Positions 7,286 to 12,292 of a stretch of 12,292 nt of DNA are shown here, one piece after another. The stretch lies in the UHGV virus genome UHGV-0198005, one strand, 5' to 3'. Source of the stretch: a virus. The notes beneath the pieces are model-generated. The model had not been told where the DNA came from, searched no databases, and saw only the letters and a program-made list of their open reading frames with translations. Position 1 is the first letter of the stretch. Each line of letters opens with the position of its first letter. The position numbers and the translations under genes are program-made.

Positions 7286-7334
7286 TTGCACAAAATGCAA
7301 TCATGATTATAATCAGAGCTGGATGAACATCCAG
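7286..7334 (+). promoter_or_regulatory. Sigma70-like promoter (TTGCAC, 16 bp, TATAAT) with perfect palindrome CTGGATG-AA-CATCCAG at the predicted start site; candidate regulated head-operon promoter
   Basis: -35 at 7286-7291, -10 at 7308-7313, palindrome at 7319-7334, ribosome-binding site AAAGAGGAA at 7353-7361 before ATG 7370. Confidence 0.5.
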
Positions 7335-7369
7335 TTATGATTTTTTAAGTCAAAGAGGAATTTCTTACT

Positions 7370-7576
7370 ATGGCTGAAGAGAAAAAAGGCGGTGTTTCGG
7401 TGTACATAAGCCCCGACATCGTGAAGGCGCTCAAGGAACGCCACCAGCAGAACGTAAAAGCAGGCATTGCGGCAGGACTTGATCCGCTGGCGATGGTTGA
7501 GCCGTCAACAGGCTGGCAGGTACGCTCCTATTTACGCGCGGCGCTGGGCATAAATCAGACTCATGGGGGTGAATAA
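7370..7576 (+). CDS. Hypothetical protein (68 aa), first gene of the head operon; possibly a small RHH-like regulator or scaffold/size-determination factor
   Basis: Strong ribosome-binding site; stop overlaps the capsid gene start (TAATG). VSVYISPDIVKALKERH resembles an RHH strand-helix pattern (weak inference). Confidence 0.55.
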   Translation: MAEEKKGGVSVYISPDIVKALKERHQQNVKAGIAAGLDPLAMVEPSTGWQVRSYLRAALGINQTHGGE

Positions 7577-8631
7577 TGGCAGTCAAAGCAATGGCACTTA
7601 ACACACACCAGCTTTTCGCGTACCTGAATCGCGAGGATATTGCGGAATTTAAATTTAGTCCGCTGTTTACCGCGCTGTTTTTCCCGAACGTGGCGACATT
7701 CAACACGCAAAACATCATGCTGGATACCCTGGACATTGAAGAAGTCACCATGTCGGCGTTTTGTTCGCCTATGGTGGGTAGCCAGGTTCAGCGCGATAAA
7801 GGGTACGAAACCAGCACGATTAAACCTGGCTACATGAAGCCAAAGCACGAAATCGATCCAACGAAAACCATCATGCGCATGGCTGGAGAAGATCCGGCAC
7901 AGCTTAACGACCCTACCTATCGCCGTATGCGCCTGATTACTGGCAATATGCGCCGCCAGATAAACGCCATAAAAGCGCGCGTGGAATGGCTGGCGGTAAA
8001 TGCGGTAACGACCGGAAAAAACATCATTGAGGGCGAAGGCATAGAGCGCTATGAAATCGACTGGAAGATACCGGAAAAAAACATCATAGAGCAGGCCGAC
8101 GGGAAAAAATGGTCAGAGCAGGACAAAGAAACCCACGATCCAATCTATGATATCGAACTATACGCCGATCAGGCTGGTTGCCCCGCAAACGTCATGATTA
8201 TGGGCGTTGAGGTATGGCGAACGTTACGCAGCTTTAAAAAATTCCGTGAGCTGTACGATCTTTCCCGTGGTTCAGAGTCCGCCGCAGAGCTGGCCTGTAA
8301 AAACCTGGGCGAAGTGGTGAGCTTTAAAGGCTATCTGGGCGATATTGCCCTTATCGTCTATTCCGGCAAATACACTGACAGCGACGGCACAGAAAAATAT
8401 TTCCTTGATCCTGATTTGCTGGTCCTGGGCAACACCAACAACAAAGGGCTGGTGGCCTATGGTGCGATTATGGATCAGGAAGCGGTAAGAACAGGCGCAA
8501 CGCAAAACATGTACTACCCGAAAAACTGGATTGAGGACGGCGATCCGGCGATTGAGTACGTGCAGACGCACAGCGCACCGCAGCCGGTTCCGGCAGATAT
8601 TCGCAAATTTGTTACCGTCAAAATTGCTTAA
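7576..8631 (+). CDS. Major capsid protein, lambda gpE-like (HK97 fold)
   Basis: 351-aa ORF aligning along its length with recalled lambda gpE: FKFSPLFTALFF / FKFDPLFLRLFF; PGYMKPKHEIDP / PGYVKPKHEVNP; EDPAQLNDPTYRRMR / EDPQNLADPAYRRRR; RGSESAAELACKNLGEVVSFKGYLGDIALIVYSGKY / RGSNSELETAVKDLGKAVSYKGMYGDVAIVVYSGQY; YYPKNW..GDPA...SAP. Confidence 0.92.
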   Translation: MAVKAMALNTHQLFAYLNREDIAEFKFSPLFTALFFPNVATFNTQNIMLDTLDIEEVTMSAFCSPMVGSQVQRDKGYETSTIKPGYMKPKHEIDPTKTIMRMAGEDPAQLNDPTYRRMRLITGNMRRQINAIKARVEWLAVNAVTTGKNIIEGEGIERYEIDWKIPEKNIIEQADGKKWSEQDKETHDPIYDIELYADQAGCPANVMIMGVEVWRTLRSFKKFRELYDLSRGSESAAELACKNLGEVVSFKGYLGDIALIVYSGKYTDSDGTEKYFLDPDLLVLGNTNNKGLVAYGAIMDQEAVRTGATQNMYYPKNWIEDGDPAIEYVQTHSAPQPVPADIRKFVTVKIA

Positions 8632-8642
8632 CGGGGGATTCT

Positions 8643-8978
8643 ATGGACACTCCATACATTGAGTTATTTGCAGGCAGTCAGCAGGTATCCACGACGCTGG
8701 TACATTTTGCCGCTGATGCTGGCGTTATTCAGGAATTTACCCCGCTGATGCTGGCGGACAATGGCGAGTTTAAGCCGTGGGATGGTCAGGAATCTGGCAA
8801 GGCTGTTTATCTGACTTCGTACCTCGTGGACACGTCAAAGCAGAAATCAGCACAGTGTTACAAGACGGGGATATTCAATATTGCCGCCGTTAACTGGCCT
8901 GAGAGCGTCGACACCGATGCGAAAAAATGCGCCGCCTTTGCGGGTTCTGGCGTATCCGTTCAGCCGCTGGCCCGATAA
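8643..8978 (+). CDS. Head decoration protein, lambda gpD-like
   Basis: 111-aa ORF with TPLML, WDG, YKTGIFN...WPE and KKCAAFAGSGVSV matching recalled lambda gpD (TPLML..WDG..YKSGTF..WPE..KKRTAFAGTAISIV); similar length (~110 aa). Confidence 0.85.
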   Translation: MDTPYIELFAGSQQVSTTLVHFAADAGVIQEFTPLMLADNGEFKPWDGQESGKAVYLTSYLVDTSKQKSAQCYKTGIFNIAAVNWPESVDTDAKKCAAFAGSGVSVQPLAR

Positions 8979-8990
8979 GCAGGGGGAACG

Positions 8991-9404
8991 ATGGCAACGA
9001 ATGAAAGCATCATGGCGCTACCGCTGGCGAGTAAATTTAAAGCCGAAGCGCGGGCAATGGCTGACAGAGGTTTATCAACCTACGAGGCCGTATATCAACT
9101 CAACAAACTGGAAGAGCAGGACAAGCCGCGCGCTGATGCGATTATGGCGCTTCATGAGCATAAAGACTATCAGCCGCTGTTGCGTGCAATGGCAAACGTG
9201 CCTTGTATCGATGTTGATACGGCTAAAAACATCCTGAACATGACCATAGAGCAGGAACGCCCGAAGGTTGCACCAGAGCTTACCGCAGCCTTTGAAAACT
9301 TTATGGACATGCACAGCCCACAAACCGTATCAGCTGGCATGGCATACGATGGCAGAAACCCAGGCGATGACGGCGACATCGATCGCATACTGAAAACCAT
9401 CTGA
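8991..9404 (+). CDS. Hypothetical protein (137 aa), last gene of the head operon; lambda gpFI-like position and size but no visible similarity
   Basis: ORF with GGGGGA ribosome-binding site, followed by a terminator and the cos site. Functional guess is positional only. Confidence 0.6.
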   Translation: MATNESIMALPLASKFKAEARAMADRGLSTYEAVYQLNKLEEQDKPRADAIMALHEHKDYQPLLRAMANVPCIDVDTAKNILNMTIEQERPKVAPELTAAFENFMDMHSPQTVSAGMAYDGRNPGDDGDIDRILKTI

Positions 9405-9409
9405 GACAA

Positions 9410-9431
9410 GGCCGGAGAAATCCGGCTTTTT
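9410..9431 (+). terminator. Rho-independent terminator (GCCGGA-GAAA-TCCGGC + T6) abutting cosQ
   Basis: Stem-loop plus T-run directly after the 8991-9404 stop. Confidence 0.65.
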
Positions 9432-9432
9432 T

Positions 9433-9609
9433 GCGGGTCCTTCCTGGAATTATGGCCCGTTACGGGGCGGCGACCTCGCGGTTTTTCGCTATTTATGAGC
9501 TTTTTCAGGGGGGTGGTGGTGGTTTTGTTGTTTGCTCTATCTTTATGAATGAAAAGGGAAAGATGCAAACAATACACCAACCTGAAGCAGTAATTAAGTT
9601 GGTGTATTA
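9433..9609 (+). other. Lambda-type cohesive end site cos1 (cosQ-cosN-cosB); cosN 12-nt overhang GGGCGGCGACCT at 9465-9476; cosB diverged from lambda
   Basis: TTACGGGGCGGCGACCTCGCGGTTTTTCGCTATTTATGA matches the recalled lambda cos junction (ACGGGGCGGCGACCTCGCGGGTTTTCGCTATTTATGAAAA) almost base for base, then diverges. Lies directly upstream of the Nu1-like gene as in lambda. Confidence 0.8.
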
Positions 9610-10152
9610 ATGAAATCGCACCTGATGAACAAAAAAAACATGGCGAAAAGCTGCCGTGTAAGTGCGACAGCGTTCGACAAGTGGGGAGTGACTCCCGTTG
9701 AACGTAAAGGCCGTGAGGCGTTTTACGATGTTGCCAGCGTGATAGACAATAGGGTTAACAATGCAATTAGCCAGCTTACAAACGACAAAGGCGATATTGA
9801 TGATGATGAACTCTTACGAGTCAGGATCAGATTACTGACAGCACAGGCGGAGGCGCAGGAACTTAAAAACGAGCGCGATCGCGGTGACGTGATTGATACT
9901 GAGTTTTGCCTGTACGCGCTTTCAAAGCTGGCGAGTCAGATTTCATCAATCATGGACAGCCTCCCGCTTACTATGCAAAGGAGCTTCCCACAGATTACCC
10001 CCGCCATGCTGGATAGGCTTAAAAGGGAAGTGGTTAAAGCCTGTAATGCCAGTGCCAGAGTTGCCGACAACCTCCCACAGATACTGGCTGATTACTTGAA
10101 AGAAACAACCGGAAACGTACCGGAAAAGTTGCTACAGAAGAAAGGCGAGTAA
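9610..10152 (+). CDS. Terminase small subunit homolog, lambda Nu1-like (candidate Rpp-type packaging-redirection protein); true start may be the ATG at 9625
   Basis: LTAQAEAQELKNERDRGDVIDTEFCLYALSKLASQISSIMDSLPLTMQRSFPQ aligns with recalled lambda Nu1 LTRAQADAQELKNARDSAEVVETAFCTFVLSRIAGEIASILDGLPLSVQRRFPE; N-terminus MNKKNMAKS.. parallels Nu1 MEVNKKQLADIF. No large-terminase gene follows. Confidence 0.85.
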   Translation: MKSHLMNKKNMAKSCRVSATAFDKWGVTPVERKGREAFYDVASVIDNRVNNAISQLTNDKGDIDDDELLRVRIRLLTAQAEAQELKNERDRGDVIDTEFCLYALSKLASQISSIMDSLPLTMQRSFPQITPAMLDRLKREVVKACNASARVADNLPQILADYLKETTGNVPEKLLQKKGE

Positions 10153-10159
10153 CAGACGC

Positions 10160-10375
10160 GCAATTATTGAACAAAACTGAGAAACGACATGAAAGCGTCA
10201 TAAATCGCCATTTTAGATGATTACCGTGTCGTTTCTTTTTATTGTGTATCTATTTAAAAACAAATAGTTATGTTCGAGAAGTACCGACATGCTTTTTCCA
10301 GAAAAATTTTCATAAACAGATAAAAACCGCGAGGTCGCCGCCCCGTAACGGGTCCATAATTCCAGGAAGGACCCG
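10160..10375 (-). other. Second lambda-type cos site (cos2) in inverted orientation; cosN at 10332-10343 on the minus strand, with lambda-like cosB elements (R-site-like GAAACGACA / TGTCGTTTC, TTTATGAAAATTTT)
   Basis: Reverse complement of 10322-10375 is CGGGTCCTTCCTGGAATTATGGACCCGTTACGGGGCGGCGACCTCGCGGTTTTT, identical to cos1 apart from one indel. Continuing on the minus strand, TTTATGAAAATTTTTCTGG, CATAACTATTTGTTTTTAAATAGA and AAAGAAACGACAC...TGTCGTTTCTC parallel recalled lambda cosB (R3/I1/R2/R1 region). Confidence 0.7.
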
Positions 10376-10408
10376 ACGACACCAGACAATCAGAACGATG
10401 GGTGCACA

Positions 10409-10582
10409 ATGACAGAAGCCGAAATACTGGGATTAATCCGCCGTGCTGGTGGAATCAGCCAGCAGACTGACGAACAGGCCACGCAGCCGGACAGCGTGAC
10501 AGCCGAAAATTATGCGCGTGTTGTTGCTGAGGTGATGCGCCGTGATGGTATCCAGCTTAATGATGTGGATATGCGTTCTTGA
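10409..10582 (+). CDS. Hypothetical small ORF (57 aa), weakly supported
   Basis: ATG-initiated ORF below the ORF-track size cutoff with only a weak GGTG upstream; acidic, helical composition. May be a remnant. Confidence 0.25.
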   Translation: MTEAEILGLIRRAGGISQQTDEQATQPDSVTAENYARVVAEVMRRDGIQLNDVDMRS

Positions 10583-10664
10583 AATGCTGGCCTACAATCG
10601 CCGCGTGGCACTGTATCGGGAAACGGAGAAAATTACATACCACTGGAAGAAGCCGGAGCGGTTG

Positions 10665-10890
10665 CGGCGGTAACTGGTTGATATTTTCGAAATTCGCCAG
10701 CGGCGAACATCGGGGAAACCAGCCTAACCCGTTGATATTTTCGGGAACCTCAAATTGAGGAGGTCGGAAACATAACCCGTCATATTCTGGATGCTGATAA
10801 TTACCACGCAGCCCATTAAGGCCTAACCCGTTGATTCTTTCGGAAACAGCCATTGGCGTAATCCGGCGCGGTAACTTGCTGAACTTAAAG
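10665..10890. repeat. Degenerate ~50-bp tandem repeat array (about 5 units), each unit starting TAAC(C/T)(C/G)GTTGATATTTTCG-like
   Basis: Unit starts at ~10669 (TAACTGGTTGATATTTTCG), 10724 (TAACCCGTTGATATTTTCG), 10774 (TAACCCGTCATATTCTGG), 10825 (TAACCCGTTGATTCTTTCG), 10871 (TAACTTGCTGAACTTAAAG); spacing 46-55 bp. Confidence 0.5.
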
Positions 10891-11263
10891 CAAAGCGCAA
10901 AATTGCGCTGGCTGGTGGGCATGATGCCGATATGGTGATCCCCATAACGGAAATATCCACCAGCACGGCAACGGCAGAATAGCCACAACACAGAAAAACC
11001 ACGAATATGGGGTTTTTGTTATGGCATGGGCATGATGACCGCCCCTGCTCTGAATGGTGGAAATCACCACGCAGATCATCCACCAGCTTCGTTTTTATAA
11101 ATTAAACATCCGGGAAAATCCGACCCTGAATTGTGCATTTTTTCAGCAAATCATTTTAGTTATACGTTTGGTTATACGGTTTAAAAGTTGAATCATATAC
11201 ATTATTTTAAATCATGAAGTTACACGCTCAATTAAACTACTCTCGTGGACCAAAAATCCCAAG

Positions 11264-11292
11264 AAAACCAACCTATTGCGGTTGGTTTTTTT
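11264..11292. terminator. Intrinsic terminator hairpin (AAAACCAACC-TATTGC-GGTTGGTTTT + T-run), strongest on the plus strand, usable bidirectionally
   Basis: 10-bp perfect stem, 6-nt loop, T7 on the plus strand; located ~70 bp beyond the 3' end of the minus-strand pseudogene. Confidence 0.55.
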
Positions 11293-11360
11293 ATATCTGC
11301 ATTTAATTCGATAAACAGACAGCGACACATCACGGCCTGTTTATTTTCTGTTATCAGAAC

Positions 11361-12292
11361 GTCCAGACTACACCCGCCTGAGTTGTGCTGCTTTCTTCAC
11401 GGGAGAAACGGCTGTCGATACCAAGCGTTAGCCCCGTCAATGTTTGCTCAAAGCCAGCGCCTGCATCAGTGGTCACGTTGTTGCGGCTGTTAATTGCCGA
11501 ACTCCACATCGCCGCCCTTTACGCTACCAAGACGCTCACGCACGGTGTCCAGTTCTGCATCAAATACCAGCGGTTGTGCTGCCGCCATATTCAGCACATC
11601 CGTGGTTGAAGGGGGCATTTGTGCGCGATTCTCTGCGAGACTCCAGCTATGGTTGCCATTATCCAGCAAGGTATATTCATACGTACTGATATCAACAACG
11701 CCTCCGGCATTGCCCAACGTAAATGCCGCATCACCGCGCCCGTTGTTACCAGTGTAAGGTTATCTCCTGCTGCCGGCCTGGCACCGGTGTCCGTCACGAA
11801 TATTTTGAAATCACCTGTTGCTTTAACCTCCAGTAGCCCTCCCTTTTCTATAACGGCAAAGACGGCAATCCCATCTTTTTCAACAATTAAGCGCCCGCCT
11901 TTAATCGTGGGATCATTCGCCGCGCCATAAACCTGTAGCACTCCATTATTGATCGTAGTCTGGTTTACCGCGCCACCCATTTGAACAATTTGATAACCAT
12001 CATTTAATACTGAGTATTCTGCGGTGCCATTTATTTCAATGTACTGATATCCCCCGTTAATTTCAGTATTACTACTTACACCAAATTCTTATATATGCTG
12101 TTCTCCGCCAGGATTGATTTTCGTATTATTGGCGGCCCTACAAACCAGCTGGATATCTTTTTCCAGGACAACACCATCAACTGTCTCACCATACTCAACA
12201 GTTGATGCCAATGCTATGGGCGAATATAACGCTGTAGCCACCAGAACAGATATTGCGGAACGACAAAGAGAAACAGAACCAGATTGGTGCAT
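11361..12292 (-). pseudogene. Decayed autotransporter-type adhesin gene remnant (signal peptide + passenger fragment + linker + last ~44 aa of the beta-barrel), with an in-frame stop and at least two frameshifts; may continue beyond the window edge
   Basis: Minus-strand translation from 12292 gives a signal-peptide-like N-terminus (MHQSGSVSLCRSAISVLVATALYSPIALA), an in-frame TAA at 12089-12091, passenger-like repeats (NNGVLQVYGAANDPTIKGG...), a frame change near 11740-11760 into ...GGVVDISTYEYTLLDNGNHSWSL...TVRERLG..., a stop at 11490, then a third frame ending ...AGVVWTF* (aromatic C-terminus typical of outer-membrane barrels) at ~11361. Confidence 0.45.

Larger units (their letters stand above)
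1..10375. mobile_element. Integrative phage satellite / PICI-like island (int-alpA-regulator-small ORFs-primase/ori-ssb-partial lambda-like head module-cos-terS-like); right boundary uncertain (somewhere 10160-11300), attL lies upstream of the window
   Basis: Gene content and order: P4-family integrase at one end, AlpA, primase-helicase followed by iterons, lambda-like cos plus Nu1-like gene, but no TerL, portal, protease or tail genes. Pattern follows published PICI/satellite architecture (established knowledge); boundaries are inferred. Confidence 0.7.

Noticed and set aside
9170-9580. 136-aa minus-strand ORF running across the cos1 site and the end of the head operon
   Set aside because: It crosses a terminator and the cos site and lies antisense to the 137-aa plus-strand gene; most likely chance.
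1-10375. Classification as a P4-type satellite dependent on a P2-like helper
   Set aside because: The cos site is lambda-type (12-nt GGGCGGCGACCT core), head genes are lambda gpE/gpD-like, and no sid/psu/delta/epsilon-like genes are apparent; only the integrase and primase domains are P4-family.
10665-10890. Possibility that the ~50-bp repeats are a CRISPR array
   Set aside because: Units are degenerate rather than identical, the intervening sequence is itself related (no unique spacers), and the repeat does not resemble known E. coli-type CRISPR repeats.
10557-11083. Minus-strand ORFs (144, 86, 64 aa) across the tandem-repeat region
   Set aside because: Their internal peptide repeats simply mirror the DNA repeats; there is no ribosome-binding site and the sequence is Cys/Pro/His-rich. 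Treated as non-coding repeat DNA.
11245-11930. Plus-strand ORFs (82, 74, 81, 87, 103 aa) over the right-end region
   Set aside because: They lie antisense to the autotransporter-like pseudogene frames and are Ser/Pro/Cys-rich; the minus-strand reading carries the recognisable signal peptide and barrel terminus.
1-12292. tRNA or tmRNA gene / att core within the window
   Set aside because: No tRNA-like 3' end (conserved T-arm plus CCA) was recognised by eye. The integrase starts at position 1, so the integration target and attL most likely lie upstream of the window; attR could not be assigned without the matching repeat.

Overview
The window is dominated by a roughly 10.4-kb integrative phage-satellite island with PICI-type architecture. 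Left to right: a P4-family tyrosine integrase (1-1242), an AlpA-family regulator, a divergently transcribed ribbon-helix-helix-like regulator with a two-operator control region, an operon of six small overlapping ORFs of unknown function ending in a P4/D5-type primase-helicase, an iteron-rich origin, an SSB homolog, then a partial lambda-like head module (gpE-like major capsid protein, gpD-like decoration protein, two small unknowns) and a lambda-type cos site immediately upstream of a Nu1-like small-terminase homolog. No large terminase, portal, protease, scaffold or tail genes are present, so the element must parasitise a lambdoid cos helper. Three things stand out: a second, inverted cos site with a more lambda-like cosB sits convergent on the far side of the terS-like gene; a third, degenerate cos-like module follows ssb; and the right end holds a degenerate ~50-bp tandem repeat array and a decayed autotransporter-type pseudogene. 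All homology statements come from recalled sequences and by-eye alignment, not database searches; attL/attR and the exact right boundary could not be determined.
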